Origin: a virus
Lineage: Duplodnaviria; Heunggongvirae; Uroviricota; Caudoviricetes
Strand: one strand, 5' to 3'
Length of the DNA stretch: 37,865 bases
IMG/VR virus record: IMGVR_UViG_2548876954_000011
In this document: positions 18,229 to 27,154 of the stretch, piece by piece
Layout of the letters: each line of letters starts with the position of its first letter
Position numbering within the stretch: position 1 is the first letter of the stretch
Made by a program: the position numbers and the translations under genes
The notes under the pieces: model-generated
Databases searched by the model: none
Told to the model about the DNA's origin: nothing
What the model saw: only the letters and a program-made list of their open reading frames with translations

Positions 18229-18879
18229 ATGAGCCTGAGTCCCGCACGGCAGCATCGCCTGCGCGTTCAGGCTGAACAGGCCGCCCGCGAGGGCGGCAGT
18301 GTTCGCCACGCATCGGGCTATGACCTGATGCTGCTGCAACTGGCGGAAGACCGCCGCCGTCTCAAGGGCGTTCAGTCCACGGTCAAAAAAGCGGAAATCA
18401 AGGTGGAGCTGCTGCCGAAATATGCCGCCTGGGCGGAGGGAGTCCTGGCTGCCGGAGGCGCTCAACAGGATGACGTGCTGATGTACGTGATGCTGTGGCG
18501 CATTGATGCCGGAGATTATGCCGGGGCGCTGGAGATCGGGCGTCATGCCCTGCGTCATGGCTGGGTGATGCCGCTGGGTAACCGCAATGTGCAGACCGTG
18601 CTGGCAGAGGAAATGGCAGACGCGGCACAGAGCGCAATGCTTGCCACTACCGGGTTTGATGCCGATCTGTTGCTGCAGACGCTGGAGCTGACAGACGGTC
18701 TGGATATGCCGGACCAGTCACGGGCGCGTCTGCATAAAGCGATTGGCGCAGTCCTGAGTGAAAGCAATCCGGCTTCCGCCCTTAATCATCTCAACCAGGC
18801 GTTACAGCTCGATCCCCGCTGTGGCGTGAAAAAAGACAAACAGCAGCTGGAGCGCAGACTGCGCAATGACAGCCGCTGA
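18229..18879 (+). CDS. M: Terminase small (endonuclease) subunit (P2 gpM-like)
   Basis: 216 aa following N; synteny with P2 M. Confidence 0.8.
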   Translation: MSLSPARQHRLRVQAEQAAREGGSVRHASGYDLMLLQLAEDRRRLKGVQSTVKKAEIKVELLPKYAAWAEGVLAAGGAQQDDVLMYVMLWRIDAGDYAGALEIGRHALRHGWVMPLGNRNVQTVLAEEMADAAQSAMLATTGFDADLLLQTLELTDGLDMPDQSRARLHKAIGAVLSESNPASALNHLNQALQLDPRCGVKKDKQQLERRLRNDSR

Positions 18880-18974
18880 CAGAACGTGCCCCCGCGCACG
18901 GGCGGCACGGGGTGGCGAAAGGCACTGCCACATCAAAACCCCGTCCACCGCCCTCTATTTCAGGAGAAAGCAGC

Positions 18975-19439
18975 ATGAAGTTTGTTGCGCCAGAACAGAC
19001 ACCGGAACAGGCGGAAATCATCAGGAATACGCCGTTCTGGCCTGATGTGGACTTGTCGGAGTTTCGCAGTGTCATGCGCACTGACGGCACGGTGACGCAG
19101 CCGCGTTTAAAGCAGGTTGCGCTGTCGGCAATTTCGGAGGTCAACGCAGAGCTGTATGAGTTTCGCAGACGCCAGCAGATGCTGGGGTATGCCTCGCTGG
19201 AAGAGGTTCCGGCAGAACAGCTGGACGGGAAAAGTGAGCGCATTCAGCACTATTTCAACGCGGTTTACTGCTGGGCACGCGCCATGCTCAACGAACGATA
19301 CCAGGACTATGACGCCACGGTATCCGGTGTGAAGCGGGGCGAGGAACTGGCAGAAGCCAGCGGTGATTTGTGGCGTGACGCCCGCTGGGCCATCAGTCGG
19401 GTGCAGGATGCGCCGCATTGCACAGTGGAGCTTATCTGA
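18975..19439 (+). CDS. L: Head completion/stabilisation protein (P2 gpL-like)
   Basis: ATG at 18975 preceded by CAGGAGA; 154 aa; stop overlaps the X start (TGATG). Confidence 0.8.
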   Translation: MKFVAPEQTPEQAEIIRNTPFWPDVDLSEFRSVMRTDGTVTQPRLKQVALSAISEVNAELYEFRRRQQMLGYASLEEVPAEQLDGKSERIQHYFNAVYCWARAMLNERYQDYDATVSGVKRGEELAEASGDLWRDARWAISRVQDAPHCTVELI

Positions 19440-19642
19440 TGAAAGTGCGTGCGCATCAGTATGACACGGTGGACGCGCTTTGCTGGCGTCATTACGGGCG
19501 CACGCAGGGTGTCACGGAGCAGGTACTGAAGGCAAATCCGGGGCTTGCCGAATTTGGCCCCTTTTTACCTCACGGGCTGCAGGTGGAGCTGCCGGACATT
19601 CCGACCACCACTACCGTGCAGACCGTCCAGCTATGGGACTGA
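19439..19642 (+). CDS. X: Tail protein X (P2 gpX-like)
   Basis: 67 aa from the ATG at 19439, the same length as P2 X. Confidence 0.7.
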   Translation: MKVRAHQYDTVDALCWRHYGRTQGVTEQVLKANPGLAEFGPFLPHGLQVELPDIPTTTTVQTVQLWD

Positions 19643-19645
19643 ATT

Positions 19646-19861
19646 ATGACGCTTGAGCGAATCAGCGCCTTTATCACGTATTGCATCGCCGTTGTGCTGG
19701 CCTGGCTGGGCGATTTGTCCATCAAGGATGCCTCAACGCTGGGCGGCCTGATGATCGGTGTGCTGATGCTGGCTATCAACTGGTACTACAAACACAAAGC
19801 CTACCAGCTTCTGCGCGACGGGCAGATCTCGCGGGAGGACTATGAATCCATCAATCGTTAA
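19646..19861 (+). CDS. Small two-TMD holin (pinholin-like)
   Basis: 71 aa with two hydrophobic helices (ISAFITYCIAVVLAWLG; LGGLMIGVLMLAINWYY) and a charged C-terminus; immediately upstream of the endolysin. Confidence 0.6.
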   Translation: MTLERISAFITYCIAVVLAWLGDLSIKDASTLGGLMIGVLMLAINWYYKHKAYQLLRDGQISREDYESINR

Positions 19862-20357
19862 ACGCTGCCTTGTCGGGGCTGTGCTGGCTATTGCTGCCAC
19901 GCTGCCGGGTTTTCAGCAACTTCACACCTCCGTGGAGGGGCTGAAACTGATTGCCGATTACGAAGGCTGTCGTCTGCAGCCGTATCAGTGCAGCGCGGGT
20001 GTCTGGACCGACGGCATTGGTAATACATCTGGCGTCATTCCAGGCAAAACTATTACGGAACGACAGGCAGCGGAAGGGCTGATCTCCAACGTGCTACGTG
20101 TGGAGCGGGCGCTGGAAAGATGTGTGAAGCAACAGCCGCCGCAGAAGGTGTATGACTCGGTGGTGTCGTTTGCCTTCAACGTGGGAACGGGCAATGCCTG
20201 CAGTTCCACACTGGTGAAATTACTCAATCAGCGGCGCTGGGCAGATGCGTGCCGACAGTTGCCGCGCTGGGTGTATGTAAAAGGTGTTTTTAATCAGGGG
20301 CTGGATAACCGCCGTGCGCGGGAGATGGCCTGGTGCCTTAAAGGAGCTGGACTATGA
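19842..20357 (+). CDS. Endolysin (phage lysozyme) with an N-terminal SAR-like hydrophobic segment
   Basis: 171 aa; N-terminal CLVGAVLAIAATLPGF followed by a lysozyme-like core (…LIADYEGCRLQPYQCSAGVWTDGIGNT…). Confidence 0.8.
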   Translation: MNPSIVKRCLVGAVLAIAATLPGFQQLHTSVEGLKLIADYEGCRLQPYQCSAGVWTDGIGNTSGVIPGKTITERQAAEGLISNVLRVERALERCVKQQPPQKVYDSVVSFAFNVGTGNACSSTLVKLLNQRRWADACRQLPRWVYVKGVFNQGLDNRRAREMAWCLKGAGL

Positions 20358-20782
20358 CGCGTGCGCTGGCAGTAGTGGTGGCGCTGATACTCGTTGCGCT
20401 GGGCTGGCAGTCGTGGCGGCTTAACAGCGCCAGCCACACCATCGAAACGCAGCGCGCGGCGCTAGAAAGTAAAGCGCAGGAACTAACGAAGAAAAATAGC
20501 CAGTTGATCAGTCTGTCCATTCTGGCTGAAACCAACAACCGGGAGCAGGCGCGGCTCTATGCCGAATCAGAACAGACCAGCGCGCTGCTGAGACAACGAC
20601 AACACCGGATCGAGGAACTGAAACGTGAGAACGAGGATTTACGCCGCTGGGCTGATATTCCTTTGCCTACTGACATTATCCGGCTGCGGGAACGTCCGAC
20701 ACTCACCGGAGGTGCAGCTTACCGTCAGTGGTTGTCCGCGAGTGACGCCGTGTCGGCTGGATCAGGCAACGCCGCGCACTAA
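20354..20782 (+). CDS. i-spanin (Rz / P2 LysB-like)
   Basis: 142 aa; N-terminal TMD (ALAVVVALILVALGW) followed by coiled coil; AAGGAG at 20341-20346. Confidence 0.7.
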   Translation: MTRALAVVVALILVALGWQSWRLNSASHTIETQRAALESKAQELTKKNSQLISLSILAETNNREQARLYAESEQTSALLRQRQHRIEELKRENEDLRRWADIPLPTDIIRLRERPTLTGGAAYRQWLSASDAVSAGSGNAAH

Positions 20783-20915
20783 CGGTGATCTGAACGCGTT
20801 GCTGGATGAAACGGAGGCCGCCTGGGCGGTCTGTGCAGACAAAGTGGATATGATTATTGCTTGTCAGGAGCGAAACAGTGAACAAACCACAATCCCTGCG
20901 CCACGCCCTCAATAA
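20625..20915 (+). CDS. o-spanin lipoprotein (Rz1 / P2 LysC-like), embedded in and extending beyond the i-spanin gene
   Basis: Signal peptide with lipobox LTLSGC (MRTRIYAAGLIFLCLLTLSGC…); GTG start at 20625; different frame overlapping the 3' end of the i-spanin, the usual spanin arrangement. Confidence 0.55.
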   Translation: MRTRIYAAGLIFLCLLTLSGCGNVRHSPEVQLTVSGCPRVTPCRLDQATPRTNGDLNALLDETEAAWAVCADKVDMIIACQERNSEQTTIPAPRPQ

Positions 20916-21309
20916 AGCGGTGCCTTATGTCCGCAATAACCCGGACAAACTGCATCTGTTTGTGGATAACGGTTCGCTGGTTGCCACGGGGGCCAGCTCC
21001 ATGTCATGGGAGTACCGCTACACCCTGAACGTGGTGATTGAGGATTTCAGCGGCGACCAGAATCTGCTGATGGCCCCGGTTTTGCTGTGGTTGCGGGATA
21101 ACCAGCCCGATGCCATCAATAACCCGGCGTTACGGGAAAAGCTATTCACCTTTGAGGTGGATATTCTGCGCAACGATGTCTGTGATATCAGCCTTAACCT
21201 GCAACTGACGGAGCGTGTGCTGGTCAGTACTGACGGCAGTGTGTCGAGCGTTGAAGCTGTAGCAGAACCCGATGAACCTGAAGAAATGTGGACGGTGAAA
21301 CGTGGCTGA
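20878..21309 (+). CDS. R: Tail completion protein (P2 gpR-like)
   Basis: GTG at 20878 preceded by AGGAG (20865-20869); the ORF track starts it at 20857 (TTG); about 143 aa against 155 aa for P2 R. Confidence 0.65.
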   Translation: MNKPQSLRHALNKAVPYVRNNPDKLHLFVDNGSLVATGASSMSWEYRYTLNVVIEDFSGDQNLLMAPVLLWLRDNQPDAINNPALREKLFTFEVDILRNDVCDISLNLQLTERVLVSTDGSVSSVEAVAEPDEPEEMWTVKRG

Positions 21310-21748
21310 ACTGCAGAAGATGGACGACTGGCTGAGTGCCTTGCTGGCGAATCTGGAACCAGCCACGAGAAGCCGCATGATGCGCCAGCTGGCGCAGGAA
21401 CTGCGCCGGACACAGCAGCAGAATATCAGGATGCAGCGCAATCCAGATGGCAGCAGTTATGAACCGCGCAGGGTAACAGCACGCAGCAAAAAAGGCCGCA
21501 TCAAACGTCAGATGTTTGCAAAGTTGCGCACCACAAAATACCTGAAAACTGCCGCCAGCGCCGACTCTGCCAGCGTACAGTTTGAAGGCAAGGTGCAGCG
21601 TATTGCCTGTGTTCACCATTACGGCCTGCGTGATCGCGTCAGTCGCAAAGGACCGGAGGTCCGTTACGCAGAGCGCCGCCTGCTGGGTGTAAATGATGAT
21701 GTTGAGGCAATGACCCGCGACATGATTCTGCAATGGCTGGCGGGATGA
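21302..21748 (+). CDS. S: Tail completion / virion morphogenesis protein (P2 gpS-like)
   Basis: 148 aa; follows R; synteny. Confidence 0.7.
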   Translation: MAELQKMDDWLSALLANLEPATRSRMMRQLAQELRRTQQQNIRMQRNPDGSSYEPRRVTARSKKGRIKRQMFAKLRTTKYLKTAASADSASVQFEGKVQRIACVHHYGLRDRVSRKGPEVRYAERRLLGVNDDVEAMTRDMILQWLAG

Positions 21749-21752
21749 TCTT

Positions 21753-21770
21753 TGTATCAGCACTGATACA
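21753..21770. promoter_or_regulatory. Ogr-type late promoter site upstream of V
   Basis: TGTATCAGCACTGATACA, a perfect palindrome of TGT-N12-ACA form, centred about 55 bp upstream of the V ATG (21817). Confidence 0.5.
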
Positions 21771-21816
21771 AGTTGCAGCACTGCCGCCTTTCTTCCCCTG
21801 ATGGCAACCTTTCCCT

Positions 21817-22395
21817 ATGAACGCACAATTAACCGAAATCATGCGCCTTATCACCAACCTGATCCGCACAGGGGTAGTCACCGAAGTGGACAGGGAAAAC
21901 TGGCTTTGCCGGGTGAAAACGGGCGAGCTTGAAACCAACTGGATCAGCTGGCTGACGCTGCGTGCCGGGAATGCCCGTACATGGTGGCGACCATCGGAAG
22001 GTGAGCAGGTGGTGCTGCTGAGTCTGGGCGGCAATCTGGAAACCGCCTTTGCGCTGCCCGCTGTCTATTCGAATCAGTTCGCACCACCGTCGACGTCGGC
22101 GGACGCCTGCGTGACAGAACATCCTGACGGTGGCTGGTTTGAATACGAACCCGCCACCGGGCGCTGGTATGTCAGGGGCATCAAATCAATGGTCATTGAG
22201 GCTGCTGACAACATCACCATGAAAACCAGTGAGTTTGTACTGGAGGCTGACCGCACGCGCATTAACAGCGAAGTGGTGATCAATGGTGGTGTTACCCAGG
22301 GCGGCGGAGCGATGAGTTCTAACGGGATCGTGGTTGATGCGCATCAGCATACTGGCGTCCTGAAAGGCGGCGATACAACCGGAGGCCCGGTATGA
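21817..22395 (+). CDS. V: Baseplate spike/hub protein (P2 gpV-like)
   Basis: 192 aa; first gene of the baseplate operon; synteny with P2 V. Confidence 0.85.
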   Translation: MNAQLTEIMRLITNLIRTGVVTEVDRENWLCRVKTGELETNWISWLTLRAGNARTWWRPSEGEQVVLLSLGGNLETAFALPAVYSNQFAPPSTSADACVTEHPDGGWFEYEPATGRWYVRGIKSMVIEAADNITMKTSEFVLEADRTRINSEVVINGGVTQGGGAMSSNGIVVDAHQHTGVLKGGDTTGGPV

Positions 22396-22751
22396 CGCTT
22401 TATAGCGGGATGAACAATACCAGCGGCAAAGTCATTACTGATATTGATCATCTGCGCCAGTCGGTGCGGGACATTCTGCTGACACCGCAGGGTAGCCGTA
22501 TTGCCCGCCGGGAATATGGTTCCCTGCTGTCGGCACTGATAGATCAGCCACAAAATCCGGCATTACGCCTGCAGGTCATGTCGGCAGTGTATGTGGCGCT
22601 GAGTCGCTGGGAGCCACGGTTGACGCTGGATTCCATCACCATCAACAGCAATTTTGACGGTTCAATGGTGGTGGAGCTGACCGGGCGGCGGAATAACGGT
22701 GTGCCTGTGTCCCTTTCCGTATCAACAGGAGCAGAGAATGGCAGTGATTGA
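22392..22751 (+). CDS. W: Baseplate wedge protein (P2 gpW / T4 gp25-like)
   Basis: 119 aa (P2 W is about 115 aa); start overlaps the V stop. Confidence 0.85.
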   Translation: MTLYSGMNNTSGKVITDIDHLRQSVRDILLTPQGSRIARREYGSLLSALIDQPQNPALRLQVMSAVYVALSRWEPRLTLDSITINSNFDGSMVVELTGRRNNGVPVSLSVSTGAENGSD

Positions 22752-23646
22752 CCTTTCGCAGTTGCCTGCACCGCAGATTGTGGATGTGCCGGACTTTGAG
22801 ACGCTGCTTGCCGAACGCAAGGCAGAATTTGTGGCGCTTCATCCGAAAGATGAGCAGGAAGCAGTGATCCGCACGCTGGAACTGGAATCTGAACCCGCCA
22901 CTAAATTGTTGCAGGAGAACGCTTACCGTGAGTTGCTTCTGCGCCAGCGTATTAACGAAGCCGCGCAGGCGGTGATGGTGGCTTACGCGATGGGCGGCGA
23001 TCTTGACCAGCTCGCTGCCAACTACAACGTGACACGCCTGACGGTGACGCCTGCTGATAATGATGCTGTGCCGCCCGTTGCAGCTGTGATGGAAAGCGAT
23101 GAAGCGTTGCGCCTGCGTGTGCCTGCAGCCTTTGAAGGGCTTTCTGTTGCGGGGCCAACTGCAGCTTATGAATTTCATGCCCGAAGCGCCGACGGTCGGG
23201 TGGCGGATGCCAGTGCAACCAGCCCGGCACCTGCAGAGGTGGTGCTGACTGTCCTTAGCCGCGAAGGCGATGGAACTGCAGAAAAAGACCTGCTGGACGT
23301 GGTGGAAAAAGCTCTGAACAGTGAGAACGTCCGCCCGGTGGCTGACCGTCTTACGGTTCGCAGCGCAGAAATCATCCCGTATCGCGTGGAAGCCACCATT
23401 TTTCTCTATCCGGGACCGGAAGCAGAGCCGGTAATGGCAGCGGCAAAAGCTAGTCTGCAGAAGTACATTGCCAGCCAGACGAGGCTTGGTCGGGATATTC
23501 GCCGTAGCGCCATCTTTGCTGCTCTGCATGTTGAGGGTGTTCAACGTGTGGAACTGGCTTCTCCGCTGGCGGATGTGGTCCTGAACAAAACACAGGCGGC
23601 ATCATGTACGCAGTGGAGCGTAACCAACGGAGGAACGGATGAATAG
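22738..23646 (+). CDS. J: Baseplate protein J (P2 gpJ-like)
   Basis: ATG at 22738 preceded by AGGAG gives 302 aa, the same as P2 J. Confidence 0.85.
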   Translation: MAVIDLSQLPAPQIVDVPDFETLLAERKAEFVALHPKDEQEAVIRTLELESEPATKLLQENAYRELLLRQRINEAAQAVMVAYAMGGDLDQLAANYNVTRLTVTPADNDAVPPVAAVMESDEALRLRVPAAFEGLSVAGPTAAYEFHARSADGRVADASATSPAPAEVVLTVLSREGDGTAEKDLLDVVEKALNSENVRPVADRLTVRSAEIIPYRVEATIFLYPGPEAEPVMAAAKASLQKYIASQTRLGRDIRRSAIFAALHVEGVQRVELASPLADVVLNKTQAASCTQWSVTNGGTDE

Positions 23647-24244
23647 TCTGCTGCCACCGGGTTCAACTTCACTGGAGCGCCGACTGGCGCAAACCTGTAG
23701 CGGGATTTCTGATTTGCAGGTGCCGCTTCGTGACTTGTGGAATCCGGCTACCTGTCCGGTCAGCTTCCTGCCTTATCTCGCCTGGGCGTTCTCTGTGGAT
23801 CGCTGGGACGAGGGCTGGACAGAAAGCGTCAAACGCCAGGTAGTGAAGGATGCTTTTTATATTCATCAGCATAAAGGAACCACCAGTGCCGTGCGGCGGG
23901 TGGTGGAACCGTTCGGATTCCTGATCCGCATTATTGAGTGGTGGCAGACCGGAGAAACACCGGGCACGTTTCGCCTGGATATCGGCGTGCAGGACCAGGG
24001 CATCACTGAAGATACCTATCTGGAACTTGAGCGACTGATAAGCGATGCCAAACCATGTAGCCGCCACATGATCGGCATGTCCATCAATCTGCAGACCAGC
24101 GGCCCGCATTGGGTGGGAGCCGCCAGCTATCTTGGCGAAGAAATCACGATCTATCCGTATATCAACGAAACGATTATTTCCGGTGGCACCGCGCATGAAG
24201 GCGGGGCGGTCCATGTTATTGACACAATGAGAGTGAATCCATGA
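23639..24244 (+). CDS. I: Baseplate protein I (P2 gpI-like)
   Basis: 201 aa; overlaps the J stop; synteny. Confidence 0.8.
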   Translation: MNSLLPPGSTSLERRLAQTCSGISDLQVPLRDLWNPATCPVSFLPYLAWAFSVDRWDEGWTESVKRQVVKDAFYIHQHKGTTSAVRRVVEPFGFLIRIIEWWQTGETPGTFRLDIGVQDQGITEDTYLELERLISDAKPCSRHMIGMSINLQTSGPHWVGAASYLGEEITIYPYINETIISGGTAHEGGAVHVIDTMRVNP

Positions 24245-25647
24245 GCACAAAATTTTATACCCTGCTGACGGATATTGGCGCGGCGAAACTTGCCAGCGCC
24301 GCCGCGCTCGGTGTGCCGCTAAAAATTACCCATATGGCGGTGGGCGATGGCGGTGGAGTATTGCCAACGCCGGACGCAAAGCAGACGGCACTGGTAAATG
24401 AGAAACGCCGGGCTGCGCTGAATATGCTTTATATCGACACGCAGAACAGCAGCCAGATTATTGCCGAACAGGTGATCCCTGAAAACGAGGGCGGTTGGTG
24501 GATACGTGAAGTGGGCTTGTTTGATGAGTCCGGGGCATTGATTGCCGTGGGCAACTGCCCGGAAAGCTATAAGCCGCAACTGGCTGAAGGTAGCGGGCGC
24601 ACTCAGACCGTGCGCATGGTGCTGATTACCAGCAGCACGGACAATATCACCCTGAAAATCGACCCTGCTGTAGTGCTGGCAACCCGCAAGTATGTGGATG
24701 ACAAGGCACTGGAGCTGAAGGTGTACGCGGATGATCAGATGGCAAAACATCTTGCCGCACCGGACCCGCATTCACAGTACGCGCCAAAAGCCAGCCCGAC
24801 ATTTACCGGAACCCCCAAAGCGCCAACGCCAGCGGCGGGGAATAATACCACGCAGGTTGCGACCACTGCGTTTGTACAGGCGGCACTGACGGCCCTTATT
24901 AATGGTGCGCCAGCCACGCTGGACACGCTGAAAGAAATAGCCGCAGCCATTAACAATGATCCGAATTTCAGTACCACCATTAACAATGCGCTGGCACTAA
25001 AAGCACCGTTGTCGAGTCCGGCACTCACCGGAACGCCAACAGCCCCCACGGCGGCGCAGTCGGTCAACAATACACAGATTGCCACTACGGCTTTTGTGAA
25101 ATCGGCGATTGCAGGAATGGTGGGTTCTGCACCTGCTGCACTGGATACACTGAACGAACTGGCGGCGGCACTGGGGAATGATCCGAACTTTGCCACGACA
25201 ATGCTTAATGCGCTGGCAGGTAAACAACCGCTGGACAATACGCTTACCAATTTGAGTGGAAAGGATGTAGCTGGTCTTCTCACATACCTTGGTTTAGGAG
25301 AAGCGGCGAAAAGGGATGTGGGCACAGGAGATAATCAGATACCTGATATGTCTTACTGGTCTTCACCGGCAGGCGGAATTAATTTCCCGAATGGGTTCCA
25401 GATGCGATTCGGGACTATCGCTGGTACTGGTGGAAAATTATTTTCTACGCCATTTACAAATCAGTGCTATGGCATTGTTTTCGGACAAACATATGGAGCC
25501 AACTACTGGATGTTCAGCCCGATGTACAGAGCATCTGATCTGAGTAATACCGGTTTTGCATTCATTAACAAAGCCTGGTCTGGCGTTCCGGGGGTAGGTT
25601 CTCAGGACGCTGGTGAATCAGTTTTTTATATTGCAGTAGGGTATTAA
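24241..25647 (+). CDS. H: Tail fibre protein (P2 gpH-like) with an invertible C-terminal segment (current orientation)
   Basis: 468 aa; N-terminus MSTKFYTLLTDIGAAKLASAAALGVPLKITHMAVGDGGG is the conserved P2 H-type N-terminal domain; internal tandem ~72-aa repeats; the C-terminus beyond GLGE (from 25303) lies inside the invertible segment. Confidence 0.8.
   Translation: MSTKFYTLLTDIGAAKLASAAALGVPLKITHMAVGDGGGVLPTPDAKQTALVNEKRRAALNMLYIDTQNSSQIIAEQVIPENEGGWWIREVGLFDESGALIAVGNCPESYKPQLAEGSGRTQTVRMVLITSSTDNITLKIDPAVVLATRKYVDDKALELKVYADDQMAKHLAAPDPHSQYAPKASPTFTGTPKAPTPAAGNNTTQVATTAFVQAALTALINGAPATLDTLKEIAAAINNDPNFSTTINNALALKAPLSSPALTGTPTAPTAAQSVNNTQIATTAFVKSAIAGMVGSAPAALDTLNELAAALGNDPNFATTMLNALAGKQPLDNTLTNLSGKDVAGLLTYLGLGEAAKRDVGTGDNQIPDMSYWSSPAGGINFPNGFQMRFGTIAGTGGKLFSTPFTNQCYGIVFGQTYGANYWMFSPMYRASDLSNTGFAFINKAWSGVPGVGSQDAGESVFYIAVGY
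24790..25218 (+). repeat. Two tandem ~72-codon repeats inside the tail-fibre gene
   Basis: ASPTFTGTPKAPTPAAGNNTTQVATTAFVQAALTALINGAPATLDTLKEIAAAINNDPNFSTTINNALALK followed by APLSSPALTGTPTAPTAAQSVNNTQIATTAFVKSAIAGMVGSAPAALDTLNELAAALGNDPNFATTMLNALAGK. Confidence 0.7.
25277..25302. repeat. Left crossover site of the invertible segment (hix/gix/cix-like 26-bp site) inside gene H
   Basis: TTCTCACATACC-TT-GGTTTAGGAGAA, an imperfect palindrome of the Hin/Gin/Cin site type; encodes …LLTYLGLGE; inverted-repeat partner at 27074-27099. Confidence 0.6.
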
Positions 25648-25648
25648 T

Positions 25649-26092
25649 ATGGAAATGGTTTATAGCGCCTCAAATAATAGTTTTTTCGCTAAAAATGATG
25701 TGGCGAAATATGAACAGGCCGGATGGGAACTTGCTGATATTGTCGAAGTGACATATGACACTTACCTGGAATTTATTGAAGACAGAACGTTGCAAGGGAA
25801 AGTACGCATCGCGGGTGATGATGGCCTTCCCACCTGGGGGGAAATTCCACCGCCAACTCATGAGGAACAAATTGCCGCAGCCGAACTGGAAAAGCAGCAA
25901 TTGATTAATCAGGTCAACGAATACATATACAGTAAGCAATGGCCTGGTAAAGCAGCGATTGGTCGCCTGAAAGGTGAGGAACAGGCGCAATATAATTTGT
26001 GGCTGGATTATCTGGACGCACTGGAACTGGTTGATACCTCCAGTGCTCCAGATATTGAATGGCCTACGCCTCCGGCAGTTCAGGCCAGATGA
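25649..26092 (+). CDS. G: Tail fibre assembly protein (P2 gpG / Tfa-like), paired with the current H C-terminus
   Basis: 147 aa immediately after H; …NLWLDYLDALELVDTSSAPDIEWPTPP C-terminus typical of Tfa chaperones. Confidence 0.75.
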   Translation: MEMVYSASNNSFFAKNDVAKYEQAGWELADIVEVTYDTYLEFIEDRTLQGKVRIAGDDGLPTWGEIPPPTHEEQIAAAELEKQQLINQVNEYIYSKQWPGKAAIGRLKGEEQAQYNLWLDYLDALELVDTSSAPDIEWPTPPAVQAR

Positions 26093-26675
26093 CATCCGGC
26101 GCGGTGCTCGTATCTGTTGCCGTCACCGCGTCAATGTAATCAAGCACGGCGTTAAGCCGGGTGGTTTCTGCCTGCGTCAGCTTCCGCCCGGCCTGTAATT
26201 TCAGCTGAATCAGACTGATCGAAGCCATTGCAGCATCAATCAGTGACTGGCGCTGTGCTTCTGCCGCTTCTACTGCGGCGCTATGCTGTGCCTCAGTATC
26301 TGTCACCCATTTCTCACCATCCCATTCATCGTATGGAGTTAACGGGGCGATAGTGGTTGTATTTTCAGGATATTCGCCAATTTCGGTGATGGTGATTTCA
26401 TCGCCGTTTTCAGTGTTGTAAACAGTTTCGCCACGATGGTCAGCAACGTATTCCCAACTGGTTAAATCAGCCTTGCGGCAGATTGCGAAACCTTCTTTTT
26501 TGCTGCCCGGCGCATCAACGCAGGAATTAGCTGGAACGCCAGCGCCAACCGGCAGATATTCAACGGATGAACCAATATATTCACGCGTTTCGCCATTGTA
26601 GTTGTAAACGGTAATAAATCCAGCCTCAGTGGCAAAACCGTTTTCATCCAAAGTGATTTTTTTTGTGGTCATCAT
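26064..26675 (-). CDS. Alternative tail fibre assembly protein (Tfa'), paired with the alternative fibre C-terminus
   Basis: 203 aa on the opposite strand; C-terminus …RLNAVLDYIDAVTATDTSTAPDVIWPELPEA parallels that of the plus-strand Tfa; its start overlaps the stop of the alternative fibre segment. Confidence 0.7.
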   Translation of the reverse strand: MMTTKKITLDENGFATEAGFITVYNYNGETREYIGSSVEYLPVGAGVPANSCVDAPGSKKEGFAICRKADLTSWEYVADHRGETVYNTENGDEITITEIGEYPENTTTIAPLTPYDEWDGEKWVTDTEAQHSAAVEAAEAQRQSLIDAAMASISLIQLKLQAGRKLTQAETTRLNAVLDYIDAVTATDTSTAPDVIWPELPEA

Positions 26676-27073
26676 GCTGCCCTTACAATGTAGTTAAATG
26701 CAATGTTGCGCGGCCTTGTTTCAGTCCCACCCGTCGCATTAGTTTCCCTACTGGAGGTGCCTCCGGTTTTTAATACATCATCTGCGCTGGTAGCTGATGT
26801 TGCCCCGCTAACTCGGATAGCTAATAAATGCGTATGAGATTGGATTGCTCCTCCCTGCGCAGATAGCAATGCACGGCCACTATCTATCCCTCGACCATCA
26901 TCCCAGCCACGAATAAATTCACCGCGTAAATCAGGCACTTTATTTGTCGGATAAGCCTTCGCCAGTTCCGGGTATTCTTCAGCAGAAAAAGCGGCACCGT
27001 TGCATTTCAGCCAGCCTGTTGGCGGAGTGGCGGAAGGCCACGGAACAGGCACGCCAACGGGTAATGCCGAACC
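26672..27073 (-). other. Promoterless alternative tail-fibre C-terminal coding segment, expressed only after inversion
   Basis: Minus-strand frame reads …FLNVGLGE|GSALPVGVPVPWPSATPPTGWLKCNGAAFSAEEYPEL…; the GLGE junction is encoded by the right crossover site; resembles Mu/P1/e14-type variable fibre C-termini. Confidence 0.6.
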
Positions 27074-27099
27074 TTCTCCCAAACCAACGTTTAAGAAAA
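27074..27099. repeat. Right crossover site of the invertible segment
   Basis: TTCTCCCAAACC-AA-CGTTTAAGAAAA; its left half is the reverse complement of GGTTTGGGAGAA, matching the right half of the 25277-25302 site (GGTTTAGGAGAA) at 11 of 12 positions. Confidence 0.6.
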
Positions 27100-27154
27100 T
27101 GCAGAGGTAACAGCTAACTGGCATCATCTCCGGTTTTTATTCAGGGGGATGATC

